Shown: positions 12,955 through 28,518, numbered from the stretch's first letter. The stretch is 64,000 bases of DNA from Octopus sinensis (GCF_006345805.1 NC_042998.1:99634001-99698000); one strand, 5' to 3'. Numbers and translations are program-made. Notes: generated from the sequence alone by a model not told the origin.

Positions 12955-13090
12955 GGCGAGTTGGTAGAGTCGTGAGAGAGTTGGATAAAATGCATTACAA
13001 TATCTTTACCGGTTTTTTACGCCTTGAGTTGAAATCTTACCAAGGTCAAATTTACCTTCCATCTTTTCGAGGTCGATAAATAATGTACGA
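12955..13090 (+). mobile_element. SINE-A copy, degraded
   Basis: ggcgagttggtagagtcgt head and ccttccatcttttcgaggtcgataaa core. Confidence 0.7.
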
Positions 13091-13311
13091 TCCTGGTGAG
13101 AGTGTAGCGCTGCCCCATTTTCTCTCTATTACTCCTTAATCATTTACTCCTTAATAATCATAGTTTGTATATCATGCCGGATTAAAACTCTGCTTGTGTC
13201 TGCTTACTGCAATATCGTCCCCTAAAACCATTTGCGAAAGCATGGTACATGTTAAAACCAACTTCGATTAATTGATGTTCTTAAGTTCTGTTTCTGATTA
13301 TATGAAAATAA

Positions 13312-13530
13312 GGGGCCGAGCTGGCAGAATTGTTGGCATGCCGGGAAGAATGTTTAGCGGCATTTCGTACGTGTTTCCGTTCTGATTTCTAATTCCACCT
13401 AGGTCGACTTTGCCTTTTATCCTTTCGAGGTCGATGAAATAAGTACAAGTCAATTACTGCGACTGATATTATCAACTAGCCCCCTCACCCAAAATTTCAG
13501 ACCTTTTGCCTATAGTAGAAAGAATCATTA
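13312..13530 (+). mobile_element. SINE-A copy (tRNA-like head)
   Basis: ggccgagctggcagaattgttggc head; gtcgactttgccttttatcctttcgaggtcgatgaaataagtac core. Confidence 0.85.
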
Positions 13531-14084
13531 TTGAAGGGACTCTGTCTGTCTCTCCTGCGGATGTGCAAATACGTACATACATAACTGGTCTACCCAGATG
13601 AAAATGAGTCAAAGAGAGAGCCTCTTCACAGCTACCAGACCTGCTGGAAATAGCAACTAAATCATCTTGAAATCACCGCCTACCATTATAAAAAGGAAGG
13701 ATACATTTGACAATACCGTGTCTAGATAAAAAAAAAGGAACTGGAGCAACTTTGATCACAGATCAGCCTAGGGTTAAACAACCACACAAACCCATTATAA
13801 ATAGACACTTTACCCCTTAATTATTGGTTACTTGGTTATGTTAAAAGCTAAAGCTTTCCAGTAAAGGACGTGATCGTCTAACTCATATATTGCAAATTCA
13901 GTCTAGAAGAGGAGCAATAAAAATATGAAAGAATTTTCTAAATCTCAGTATGCAATTCTTTGTCATTGATATCTAAATTCCACAGTAGGAACATTGTTCT
14001 TTGTTAGATACCAGCATCCTGTTTATAGGAATAATTCTAATTATTTTAAAATAATGATTACACACATATATAAATTATATGTGT

Positions 14085-14237
14085 GAGTGGCTGTGTAGTA
14101 AGTAGCTTGCTTACCAGCTACATGGTTCCGGGTTCAGTCCCACTGCATGGCACCTTGGGCAAGTGTCTTCTACTATAGCCTCGGACCGACAAAAGCCTTG
14201 TGAGTGGATACGGTAGACGGAAACTGAAAGATGCTCG

Positions 14238-14288
<51 letters not shown>

Positions 14289-14535
14289 TGTCTGTATGTA
14301 TGTATGTATGTATATATGTGTGTTTGTGTGTATGTTTGTGTGTCTGTGTTTGTTCCCCACCATCGCTTGACAAACGATGCTGGTGTGTTTACGTCCCCGT
14401 AACTTAGCATTTCGGCAAAAGAGACCGATAGAATAAGTACTAGGCTTACAAAGAATAAGTCCTGGGGTCGATTTGTTCGACTAAAGGCGGTGCTCCAGCA
14501 TGGCTGCAGTCAAATGACTGTAACAAATAAAAGAG
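14085..14535 (+). mobile_element. SINE-C, near full length, with internal (TA)n/(TG)n
   Basis: tRNA-like head gagtggctgtgtagtaagtagcttgc...ggttcagtcccactgc (A/B-box-like), then caccttgggcaagtgtcttc core and tail ataagtactaggcttacaaagaataagtcctggggtcg. Confidence 0.9.
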
Positions 14536-14749
14536 TGAAAGAGATTTAGCATGCAGACGCACTCATAGAAAATAACCACGCACATAGTCGTGTACTAAAG
14601 AAACATGTTCACCCATTACGTAGTCAAGGATACACTTACATATATGTTTACATTAACACATTCGTATATTCACAGATGCTTGGAACTGACTTTGGAAATA
14701 ACTTTGTAACGATCGGTTTGAATTTCACGAAGAACTTAAATCTCAAAGA

Positions 14750-14820
<71 letters not shown>

Positions 14821-14833
14821 GCATACACACATA

Positions 14834-14871
<38 letters not shown>

Positions 14872-15318
14872 TGTATGTGTATATATACGCACTCACACAT
14901 ACATATGCATCTGTACAAGTATACAATGCATGCAGAAATACACATAAAGAAAAACAGCAAAATCTCTTCCCTTCTCATGCCTGACGGCCTGTTATTTATT
15001 ATACATACTGCCATGATAAATTGGCTATGTAAATACAGCCAATGGGATTCAATATTTATTTTACCATATTTTTAACAGCAACTGAATCCAGTGCTTTAGA
15101 CTAATAAGGCACAATTTTACAGTGCTGCAGTTGCTTACGGCTGTTAACTATACGATTCTGTGGTACCTGCAGTTTTTTTTGCTTCCTTTTTACATCGAGA
15201 GTTCAAAACTAGTTTGTAGAATGATTTGCCCTTTCATTCTTCCAGTATCGGTAAAATTTGTACCAATGATGTGGTGGGTGGAGGGCGATTAAATTGATTA
15301 CATGAATGCACTGAAATA

Positions 15319-15493
15319 CAGTAATGTAGCTAGTGTGTGGGGTGGAATTGAGGCGAGGAGCGTACCGTCCAAAGTGGCGCTTTTATGGTGGAGGCACTTT
15401 TGGGTCTGTTGTATAAGCTTGCATAGGCTGTAGTGACCCGGGATGGGGGTCTCAGGTGCTGCCCAGGGCGGCGCACACTCATCTACGTCACTT
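15319..15493. mobile_element. ~175-bp hAT-like MITE
   Basis: Imperfect TIRs cagtaatgtag / ctacgtcactt; 8-bp flanks ctgaaata and ttgaagtg differ by three transitions, compatible with a decayed 8-bp hAT TSD; GC-rich interior. Confidence 0.5.
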
Positions 15494-15539
15494 TTGAAGT
15501 GCAAAATAAAACTGTGTCGTTACTATGTTGCTAATGATA

Positions 15540-15960
15540 TCCAGTGTTTTGAAACTCATAGTTGTTTTTTCCTATCAAACAAAAGATTTACTTTTATATC
15601 ATTTGCCTTCTATGTGTAAAATAATATCAGTATTTCCCATTTGGATTGGAAACTCATTTGCAAACTCGTTAAACTTAATCTTTCATTGGAAGAAATGAAA
15701 CAGCAAATAGATTTTGCAACTGATTTTTCCATAAATAAAAATTCTACTAAGTGAAACTGATAAAATTTTGGATTACATCATAATGAAATACCGGACTACA
15801 AGTGCAAAAGCTTTAGAAGTGTTAATGCGATTTCCAACTATATATTTTACATATTTATTAATGTGTAAGAATTTTTTCGCTGTAAAAACAAAAAAAGAAA
15901 AGAATTCGAAATATACTGAATATAGAAGCTAACTAACTGTTACAAATAATATCCATAATA
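15540..15960 (+). mobile_element. hAT (Charlie/Buster-like) transposase C-terminal dimerization-domain relic
   Basis: Frameshifted peptides FWITS, SAKALEVLMRFPTIY, AVKTKK and LNIEA follow the hAT C-terminal pattern (KAL.IL.PF.TTYLCE..FS....KTK.RN.L..E). Confidence 0.65.
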
Positions 15961-15980
15961 TCAAATGTTAAGACTTAATA

Positions 15981-16198
15981 CGAGTTTTAAATGTTGATAC
16001 AAAGCCAGCAATTTCGGCGGAGCAGGGAAAGTCGATTACATCGACCCTATTGATAAATTGGTACTTATTTTATTGACTCTGAAAAAATGTAAGGCAAAGT
16101 CAACCCCGGGCGGAATTTGAACTCAGAACGTAAAGACGGGACGAAATGCCGCTAAGCATTTTGCCTGGCGTCCTAACGATTCTGTCAGCACGCCATCT
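15981..16198 (-). mobile_element. SINE-A copy with perfect 15-bp TSD
   Basis: tgttaagacttaata occurs at 15966-15980 and at 16199-16213. Confidence 0.9.
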
Positions 16199-16228
16199 TG
16201 TTAAGACTTAATATTAACAAGCAAGTAT

Positions 16229-16386
16229 AAGGCGGTGAGCTGGCAGAATCGAAGGCAGTATTTCGTCAGCCTTCACGTTCTGAGTCCAAATTCCGCCGAG
16301 ATCGGCTTTGCCTTTCACCCTTTCGGGGTTGATAAAATAGGTACCAGTTGAGTACTGGGATCGATGTAATCGACTTATACCCACTC
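16229..16386 (+). mobile_element. SINE-A copy, head-to-head with the previous copy
   Basis: ggcggtgagctggcagaatcg head; gctttgcctttcaccctttcggggttgataaaatagg core. Confidence 0.85.
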
Positions 16387-17526
16387 GAGCAATATTTGGA
16401 ATGAGAATGCATACAAAGAATGTCATATACATTAGGGTATTTAGCCTGGTGCTTACAACAAATTTTCGTAAGGCTTTGCCTGACTAAAGCATTTTCATAA
16501 ATTTCTCCTAAACGTCCATGCTTGCTTTCAGAAGTTTAGTTAGCCCTTATTTCATATGTTCTGAGTAATATAAAGCTTTTCTTCCATAAATCCCTGGTTT
16601 CTGTTGTAGTTGAAGAAATAGGGAATGTGTATTATATATGAATGCATGGACACCATTGAAATATGGGTTAAAGATAAAAAAGATACAAAAGGAAACGAAG
16701 AACAGGAACATTTCAGATTAATAGATTTTGTTACATCATTCTAATATTATTTCTATTGAGCTGGTAAGATAAATCAACCATCCATTGTCCAAAAAGAAAC
16801 CAGTTGTTTCGAATATGTGTTTCCATAATTAATAATCTACATTTACAAGTATGATTTTTAATTCCATTCTTTAAAATGTAAAAAAAAAAAACAAAGAACA
16901 AAAAAACAAATACCAAGAACTGCAGTTCCCAAGCTTTCACCATCTGAAACTTATTTTGGTAAATCAATAATACCCCCGCAGTAAATGTCGTAGTGTAACA
17001 TTTATGCCTGTGGTATATAAAATTCATGTTTATATAACATTCATGATCATGTTATATGTTAAATATTTCAATAAGAAAAAAATGTCTTTGTGACCCTTTC
17101 AGAATCATACCGTGACCCGTAAGTTGGTAACTGTTTATTTAGAAGTTAAAACTGGCGATTAATCCTGTTGGTCTTTCAAAAGCTTCAAATTAAAAGTGAA
17201 AATTCACGCTGAGGAAAACAGACGTAATGAAGCGACTCACAGCATGAACAGATGCTAACATCCTTGAAAGTAAGCAGTGGAGTTCGGTTGGAGGTGACCC
17301 GTAGTCTGTCTCTAGTTCTGCTGATTTTCATGTGGAAGTTAAACCTATGTCGATAGCACAGCAATCTTTTTCTAATTTAGCCAGTTATCTGGGCTTATCT
17401 TACCAATGCTACCCACATCCGTATACATGCGAAAACGTGCATAGTGCAATCACATTTCGCATTCACTCACTAATGTACATGTATGTTGCCTGTGTTCGTG
17501 TGAATGTGTAGGTCTCCTTTCTCTCG

Positions 17527-17579
<53 letters not shown>

Positions 17580-17816
17580 AGTTAGTATACACACACATAT
17601 ACACATACATACATACATACATACATACATACATACATACATACATACATAAAAGCGCGCGCACACACACATACACACATGCACACATATTTGTTTAGCC
17701 GGAACCAGAACTAACAGCTAAAACAAATATAAATTTAAAATCTACTTCCGGTAACTGAATATGCTTCTATTCATTACAACATACACACACACACACACAT
17801 ACGTATATGCATATAC

Positions 17817-17867
<51 letters not shown>

Positions 17868-17868
<1 letters not shown>

Positions 17869-18114
17869 GAGGAGCGTGGCTTAGTGGTTAGGGTGTCAGC
17901 ATCATGATCGTAAGATTGTGGTTTCGAATCCTGGACCGGGCGACGCGTTGTGTTCTTGAGCAAAACACTTCATTTCACGTTCCTCCAGTCCACTTAGCTG
18001 GCAAAAATGAGTAACGTTGCGATGGACTGGCGTCTCGTCCAGCAGGGGAACACATACGGCATTGAAACCGGGGAACCGAGCCCATAAGCCTGGCTGGGCT
18101 TTGAAAGGGCACAT
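17868..18114 (+). mobile_element. SINE-B copy (tRNA-like head, CORE-like centre)
   Basis: ggaggagcgtggcttagtggttagggtg...ggtttcgaatcc A/B-box-like head; ttgtgttcttgagcaaaacacttcatttc centre; follows (GT)n. Confidence 0.85.
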
Positions 18115-18144
18115 TTATTTATTTATTTATTATATTATATATAT

Positions 18145-18180
<36 letters not shown>

Positions 18181-18676
18181 CATACATACGTAGAGAAAGA
18201 GGAGGAGGGAGAGAAAGAGTGTGAGTGTGTGTGTGTGTAAAAGTCACGCATTTATATACATGTACATATATGAATGATGGACGCATATATAGTTTGTTTT
18301 TGTATTTGGTTTGCAAGATTTTTTATGTGAATTCGTGTGTTGAAACAAATTTTGTTGTGTCTTGGGAGAATCATTACTCCAATAATAATAACACATGCAC
18401 AGGTTCAGTTCCACTTCACTATTGTTAGTTAATTGGTTAAATATCCAATTAACAAATTAATCGATCGTTTGTTTAATGTGGTGGTCAAACAATCAATTGG
18501 TTGTTCCTTAGTCAAAGTTCTATCGTCGTCGTTTGCGATCTTTACAGTGACTTAGTAAATTCTCCTCTCGCTCCAAGGTCTCCAAGGTCTGCTCAAACAA
18601 ACATGCTTATACACACATACACACACATATATATACATACATATATATACATATATATATACATATACATATACAT

Positions 18677-20555
<1,879 letters not shown>

Positions 20556-22198
20556 ATGTATATATATAACTAAATCAATGTGACCGATTAAACTCTTGAT
20601 AGTGGTAGTCGTGCATGGCCGCAATCCAACGCATGAAACCTTTAAAACAATACAGAATACTGAAGGAGAGTTCTGAACACCAAATACAAACGCGTTTGGG
20701 TCTCATAAGTGTAATATAGTGGGAAGAAACACTTCGATTCACTGGGATTATCCATATGATTAGCCAGCAAAACCCCCCTCTTGAGACTTCTAAAATCAAC
20801 AAGCAAGAAAGATAAATCCAATAAAATTACCTAATCAAGGCACTTGAAAAAATACGAGGAAACGCAGAATGGGGATGGATCCAGTGAAAGCAACGGATAT
20901 GTCTTCGTTTTATTTAGTAAAGTCTGTTGGTGCGTTCGCGCAAACACACACACACACACACATACACACACACACGTCTGCAGGAAAATACCACTGGGAG
21001 AGTTAAGCCTACTAAATATAAATAGGAGAGAGGCTTATTTAATATAGCTATTTGAAAACCTTGCATTTAGTGAGAATATCCATACAGTAAGTAGACAAAA
21101 ATGACTTCTACTGGTGTTTAAAATCGAATGCAATTTCAGTATTATCAATTGAAATGTTTAACAAACAGAAAATTTAGTTTCGGCATGGATCTCGTCTTGA
21201 GGTCATATGAGAACGCCGCATCATTTGATTTCTCCTCTATAAACTTTTGAATTTGTGAGTACTTGCCTGTCTGTCTGTCTGTCTGTCTAGCCATTTATGT
21301 AGCATAAACACAAATGCACGTAATTTAGTTAGTGTTATGTTTATAGAGATATCCATTAAAAAAGAAATTCAAAGTAACCAGGAATAAAATAGCTTGATGT
21401 TATTATCAAGAGACATATTAAATGCCTACTTTGTGTTGTAAAGTCGTTTTATTTAGCTCCAGATCAACTATGATTAGGAAAAGCAGTGATTAAAGTCCTT
21501 TCGGCCGTGATTATCCAATTTTTAGGAGTATGAGGGACCAAATTATTCCATATGCCTTGCCTCTTCCAACGGTAACGAACGAGTTTCGGTTGTTATTTGA
21601 AACGTTTTAAATGCTAAAATTGTTCCACCTTACTCTGCAGAATTATATGCAGGATTGCAATTTCACAAAGAGTAATAATTGTCTGTTTTCTTCCCCGCAC
21701 CTCGCTATTAATTGACGCTATTTACATAATTGCAACATTCCTTAAAACATTAAAAAACGTTAATTTTTTCAAATTATATTTTTCTTTTCTTTTGCTCTTC
21801 CAATTAATGAGAGAAAAAACGTCCACCATATCAGAAGTGTTCAACAAAATTAGAAAAAAAAGAAACTCAATTAGGTAATGTTAATTTGGAAAAGAAAACC
21901 AACAAACCAACAAGCACAGATAATTTTTTCTGACGTCAAAGATTCTAAAAAAAACCTCCCAAAACAAAAAAAAAGCAAGAAAAAAAAAACAGGAAGTGAC
22001 CTTGGTTTTCATCTTCGTAGAGTTAATAAAATAAAGTACCAGTGCAGTACTGAGGTTAATATAATCGACTGTTCCCTACTCTCAAAATTTCTGCCTTTGT
22101 TCCTATGTAAGAAATTATAATTAGTGTGTCCCACAAAATGCTTAGCGGCATTTATTTCTGAGATCAAATTCCACCGGGAGGATTGTTGTTGTTGTTGC

Positions 22199-22249
<51 letters not shown>

Positions 22250-24773
22250 CTTTTTTTTTCTTCTTTCAAATTTGCTTCCATTTCTTGCCGAGTGTCTTCC
22301 TGACTCCTAGGGTAAAGAAACTCACTAGTTCGTTCTTTTTTTTTAAGTTAAATAAAAATACATGGGTAGTAATAGTTTTCACATCGACACTGCTCTTCTC
22401 AATACATGTGATGTACCAGTTAAGACAATCTTTTGCACTTCTTGCAAGGATGGTAAGCCAGGGATCATTCTCATATAATTTTCGGTTCCCTTCTTGATCA
22501 TTCCTAGTGCTCCTACGATCACTGGTATTGTAACCGCCTTGAGATGCCACATTTTCTCAATTTCAATGAGCAGGTCTTTATATTTTCTGAGCTTGTCAAA
22601 CTCTTTCGCCGAGATATTATGATCACAGGGGACGCTCATGTCGATCAATAAGCAAACTTTGTTGTTTTGGTCTTTCACAACAATATCTGGTTTATTGGCT
22701 TTGATGGTTCGGTCTGTATGTACTGGAAAGTCCCACAGAATCGTTACATTTTCTCCTTCAGTTACAGCTTCAGGGTGGTGATTATACCACTTGTCGGCAG
22801 TTTTGATATTGTAATGCCGACTTATTAGCCAGTGTAGATATTGGCCAACTCTGTCATGTCTTAATTTATACTCCTCTGGTGCTAAGACTTTACATCCAGA
22901 GATTAGGTGGTCCACTGTTTCAATCATGTCGTTGCAGAATCGGCATTTTGGGTCTGCTCCATTTTTCATCACATTGACCTGGTAGTTCCGGGTTAATAGG
23001 CTTTGATCTTGAGCTGCCAGGATGAAACCTTCGCTCTCTGCTTTTAGCCCTGAGCTCCGTAGCCACTGATGGGTTTGCTTCTGGTCAACATCAGCTTGTT
23101 TGCTGCGGGCCACATATTTGCCGTGCAGAGGTTTCTCCTCCCACCTATCAGTCAATTGCTCGTGCGCTTGTTTCGTAGCCATTATTTTCACCTTCTTTGC
23201 AACAATAGTTGCCGTACTTCCCTCGGGTTGTTCAGTTTGGGTATCCTGCACGAGATCAATAGCAAATTTTTTGTTTTCCTTGATGATAGAATGAAGCTTC
23301 TTTCGTCTCTCGTGATTTTCCACGAGCTTTAGCATCCAGTCATTCGTTATTTCGAGATATTTGGCCAGTCCAATTGTGGTTGTTTTGTAAGCTAGTTCAA
23401 ATTGGATCAGGCCTCGACCTCCTTGGGTCTGAGACGGTAAAGGCGATCTACGTCTGCCTTTGGGTGGTGCATCCTATTACAACTCAGCAGCTTGCGTATT
23501 TTCCTATCTATATTCTTTACTTCACTCATATTCCAGTTCAACACATTGTAGCTATAAGTAACAACTGGAACTGCTAAGGAATTTATAGCTAACACCTTGT
23601 TACGTGCATTTAGTTCAGATTTCAGGACTGCACGAACTCTCCTATAACATTCCTTCCTGATCTTCTCTTTTATGCTTGCATGCTGAATACCAGAGCCTTC
23701 ATTTATCCCTAAATATTTGTATGTTTGTTCTTGCTCAAGCTCTCTTCTGACTGTGTCAACATCTAACACGACTGAATTTGTGGTCTTCACTTTCCCTTTC
23801 TGGAAAGTGGCCTTGGCACACTTCTCAAGCCCAAACTCCATCCCGATGTTATCGCTGAATGCTTTCACAGTGCGCAATAGGCCTTCAATTTCATTATCGT
23901 CTTTACCATAGAGTTTTAAGTCATCCATATAAAATAGATGGCTTATTTTTTTATTGGCAATTTTATACCCATACCCTGTTCTGTTTAATTCACTTGTAAG
24001 GGGTATTAGGGCTATGCAGAATATTAAAGGTGAAAGTGAGTCACCTTGAAAAATTCCACAGTTGATGTTTATATTTTCTGAGGCAAGTACTCCATTAGAG
24101 TGGTATAATTAGAGATTCGTATTCCACAACGACATATTGTGCTTCAGGAAGTTTGAAATCACAGGGGAAATTTTGAAGATGTCCAGCGATCTCAAGATCC
24201 ATGGATGCGGTATACAGTCGAAGGCTTTTTTATAGTCAATCCATGCGGAGCTGAGATTTCTGCGCTTGTTGTGACAGTTCTCAAGGATCATACGATTAAT
24301 TAGCAGTTGATCTTTGGATCCTTTTGAGCCTCGGCGGCACCCTTTTTGTTCAATGGGGAAAATATCGTTCTTCTCCATGAATGCATATGTTTTCTCCGCC
24401 AGGATAGATGTTAGGATTTTATACATGGTGGATAGACAGGTTATAGGCCGATAGATTTTTGGAACGTTGGTTTCGTTATTCTTTGGGAGTAGGTAAGTAA
24501 TACCACTTGCTAACCATTCAGGTGTTTTCTTTGGGTCTCTCATAATTCCATTGAGCAGCTGAACTAGCTTACCTTGTGCGCATGGGAGCGATGCGAGCCA
24601 GAAATTCGGCACCCTATAATTATGGGCCTTCGTGAGTGCCTTTCTTAGGTCTGCTATTGTGATGTCTTCCCATGCTTGTTGTTGTAAATTTTGGTAGGAT
24701 CCTTCTGTTTGTATAATCCAGTCTGCATTTATGTTGTACGTCTTCTTGTCACTCCAAATCCTTTTCCAAAAGG
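22250..24773 (-). mobile_element. R4/Dong-clade non-LTR retrotransposon copy 1, 5'-truncated and disrupted
   Basis: RT motifs YRPITCL, WIDYKKAFD, QGDSLSP, FYMDDLKLY; CCHC CRFCNDMIETVDHLISGC; RHD; REL endonuclease KPDIVV...LLIDMSVP; ~130-nt 3'UTR ending in a short A run; (TAA)n on both sides; frameshift near 23430 and an in-frame stop near 24110. Confidence 0.93.
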
Positions 24774-24790
24774 ATTATTATTATCATTAT

Positions 24791-24888
<98 letters not shown>

Positions 24889-24889
<1 letters not shown>

Positions 24890-27318
24890 TTTTTTTTTCT
24901 TCTTTCAAATTTTCTTCCATTTCTTGCCGAGTGTCTTCCCGACTCCTAGGGCAAAGAAACTCATAGTGTATATTGGTAGGCCATTAAACCAAACTCAGTA
25001 GTTCGTTCATTTTTTTTTTTTTTTTTTTTTAAAGTTAAATTAAAATACATGAGAAGCAACAGTTCTCACATCGACAATGCTCTTCTCAATACGTGTGATG
25101 TACCAGTTAAGACAATCTTTTGCACTTCTTGCAGGGATGGTAAGCCAGGGATCATTCTCATATAATTTTCGGTTCCCTTCTTGATCATTCCTAGTGCTCC
25201 TACGATCACTGGTATTGTAACCGCCTTGAGATGCCACATTTTCTCAATTTCAATGAGTAGGTCTTTATATTTTCTGAGCTTGTCAAACTCTTTCGCTGAG
25301 ATATTATGATCACAGGGGATGCTCATGTCGATCAATAAGCAAACTTTATTGTTTTGGTCTTTCACAACAATATCTGGTTTATTGGCCTTGATGGTTCGGT
25401 CTGTATGTACTGGAAAGTCCCACAGAATGGTTACATTTTCTCCTTCAGTTACAGCCTCAGGGTGGTGATTATACCACTTGTCGGCAGTTTTGATATTGTA
25501 ATGCCGACTTATTAGCCAGTGTAGATATTGGCCAACTCTGTCATGTCTTAATTTATACTCCACTGGTGCTAAAACTTTACATCCAGAGATTAGGTGGTCC
25601 ACTGTTTCAATCATGTCGTTGCAGAATCGGCATTTTGGGTCTGCTCCATTTTTCATCACATTGGCCTGGTAGTTCCGGGTTAATAGGCTTTGGTCTTGAG
25701 CAGCCAGGATGAAACCTTCGCTCTCTGCTTTTAGCCCTGAGCTCCGCAGCCACTGATGGGTTTGCTTCTGGTCAACATCAGCTTGTTTGCTGCGGGTCAC
25801 ATATTTGCCGTGCAGAGGTTTCTCCTCCCACCTATCAGCCAATTGCTCGTGCGCTTTTTTCATTGCCATCATTTTCACCTTCTTTGCAACAATAGTTGCC
25901 GTACTTCCCTCGGGTTGTTCAGTTTGGGTATCCTGCACGAGATCAATAGCAAATTTTTTGCTTTCCTTGATGATAGAATGAAGCTTCTTTCGTCTCTCGT
26001 GATTTTCCACGAGCTTTAGCATCCAGTCATTCGATATTTCGAGATATTTGGCCAGTCCAATTGTGGTTGTTTTGTAAGCTAGTTCAAATTGGATCAGGCC
26101 TCGACCTCCTTGGGCTCTGGGAAGGTAAAGGCGATCTACGTCTGCCTTTGGGTGGTGCATCCTATTACAACTCAGCAGCTTGCGTATTTTTCTATCTATA
26201 TTCTTTACTTCACTCATATTCCAGTTCAACACATTGTAGCTATAAGTAACAACTGGAACTGCTAAGGAATTTATAGCTAACACCTTGTTACGTGCATTTA
26301 GTTCAGATTTCAGGACTGCACGAACTCTCCTATAACATTCCTTCCTGATTTTCTCTTTCATGCTTGCATGCTGAATACCAGAGCCTTCATTTATCCCTAA
26401 ATATTTGTATGTTTGTTCTTGCTCAAGCTCTCTTATGACTGTGTCAACATCTAACACGACTGAATTTGTGGTCTTCACTTCCCTTTTTGGAAAGTGGCCT
26501 TGGAACACTTCTCAAGTCCAAACTCCATCCCGATGTCATCGCTGAATGCTTTCACGGTGCGCAATAGGCCTTCAAGTTCATTATTGTCTTTACCATAAAG
26601 TTTTAAGTCATCCATATAAAATAGATGGCTTATTTTTTTATTGGCAATTTTATACCCATACCCTGTTCTGTTTAATTCACTTGTAAGGGGTATTAGGGCT
26701 ATGCAGAATATTAAGGTGAAAGTGAGTCACCTTGAACAATTCCACAGTTGATGTTTATATTTTCTGAGGCAAGTACTCCATTAGAGTGGTATAATTGGAG
26801 ATTCGTATTCCACAACGACATATTGTGCTTCAGGAAGTTTGAAATCAAAGGGGAAATTTTAAAGATGTCCAGCGATCTCAAGATCCATGGATGCGGTATA
26901 CTGTCGAAGGCCTTTTTATAGTCAATCCATGCGGTGCTGAGATTTCTGCGCTTGTTGTGACAGTTCTCAAGGATCATACGATTGATTAGCAGTTGATCTT
27001 TGCATCCGTAAGAGCCTCGGCGGCACCCTTTTTGTTCAATGGGGAAAATATCGTTCTTCTCCATGAATGCATATGTTTTCTCCGCCAGGATAGATGTTAG
27101 AATTTTATACGTGGTGGATAGACAGGTTATAGGCCGATAGTTTTTTGGAAGGTTGGTTTCGTTATTCTTTGGGAGTAGGTAAGTAATGCCACTTGCTAAC
27201 CATTCAGGTGTTTTCTTTGGGTCTCTCAAAATTCCATTGAGCAGCTGAACTAGCTTACCGTGTGCGCACGGGAGCGATGCGAGCCAGAAATTCGGCACCC
27301 TATCTTTACCGGGGGATT

Positions 27319-27320
<2 letters not shown>
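24889..27320 (-). mobile_element. R4/Dong-clade non-LTR retrotransposon copy 2, 5'-truncated
   Basis: Same motifs as copy 1; 480-aa open stretch 25066-26508; starts at KSPGKDRVPNFW; flanked by (TAA)n; frameshifts near 26510 and 26713. Confidence 0.93.
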
Positions 27321-27358
<38 letters not shown>

Positions 27359-27359
<1 letters not shown>

Positions 27360-27578
27360 TCCTTCTTTCTTCAAATTTTCTTCCGTTTCTCGTCGAGGGT
27401 TTTCTGTACATCTAGGGCAGAGAAGCTCATTGTACGCATTCCCAGATTACACACACAAATTCACAGGTAAAATATGTATTTAAAAAATTAATGAATAAAT
27501 AAATTCATGAATGGATGTTGTTTTCACAGCGATAATGTTCTTCTCAGTACATAAGCCGTTCCAGTTAACACGATTTTT
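27359..27578 (-). mobile_element. R4/Dong copy 3: only the last codons plus 3'UTR of a diverged subfamily
   Basis: KIVLTGTAYVLRRTLSL* matches KIVLTGTSHVLRRALSM* of copy 2; 3'UTR tail similar; embedded in (TAA)n. Confidence 0.85.
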
Positions 27579-27590
27579 ATTATGATTATA

Positions 27591-27627
<37 letters not shown>

Positions 27628-27638
27628 TATTATTATTG

Positions 27639-27681
<43 letters not shown>

Positions 27682-27692
27682 CATTATTATTA

Positions 27693-27751
<59 letters not shown>

Positions 27752-27753
<2 letters not shown>

Positions 27754-27965
27754 GGCAGCAAGCTGGCAGAATCGTTAGCACTCCGGGCAAAATGCTCAAC
27801 AGTATTTCGTCCTTCTTTAAGTTCTGAGTTCAAGTTCCACCGAGATCGACTTTGCCTTTCATCCTTTCGGGGTCGATGAAATAAGTACCAGTTGAGCACT
27901 GGAGTCGATGATATCTACTAGCCCATATCCCCCAAAATTTCAAACTTTGTGCCTGAAAGGATTAC
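27752..27965 (+). mobile_element. SINE-A copy
   Basis: ggcagcaagctggcagaatcgttagc head and gatcgactttgcctttcatcctttcggggtcgatgaaataagtacc core. Confidence 0.9.
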
Positions 27966-27987
27966 TATAATTGTTATTATTATTATT

Positions 27988-28455
27988 GAGTGAGAGAGCA
28001 ATGCATGCCATCAAAGTGACACTGGGGTAAAATATGCAAAGCCCAGTATACCCATCATGACTACCTGTCTGATAAGGGTACACTAGGCATATGCATCACA
28101 ACCATATGTGTGCGACATGGTGATCTCATATCAAGATAAACAGCTCAAAAGGTCCCTGAATAAGGGTTGTTTAAGGATATTGAACGAAACACCCATGTTT
28201 CCAGAAGTGAATTATTCAAACCCCAAAGAATCCCTCTCAACACATGGCTAATTCTGCTCGTGATCAGAGATGCACATATCGTCAGCCACTAAGGGACATG
28301 CTTAACTGGTTAAGGTCAAACAACTGACAAGCAAATCTGTGGTATTGAACAGAATATTTGCTGTGGCCCATCTTTTATACCAAGACAAAACAATGTACAT
28401 GATAACACTTTTAATCAGTTAAGATCAGAAGGCACAACAGCCAGTTCTTAACTGA
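27988..28455 (-). mobile_element. Repeat D copy 2 (internal deletion); 3' end abuts (AAT)n
   Basis: Homologous to 3511-4023 with the same terminus. Confidence 0.85.
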
Positions 28456-28462
28456 ATTATTA

Positions 28463-28518
<56 letters not shown>

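Noticed and set aside
20575-20802. Good minus-strand acceptor followed by open frames (CFFPLYY, FN2-like)
   Set aside because: Motif too short, no clear donor, no remaining FN2 cysteine pattern.
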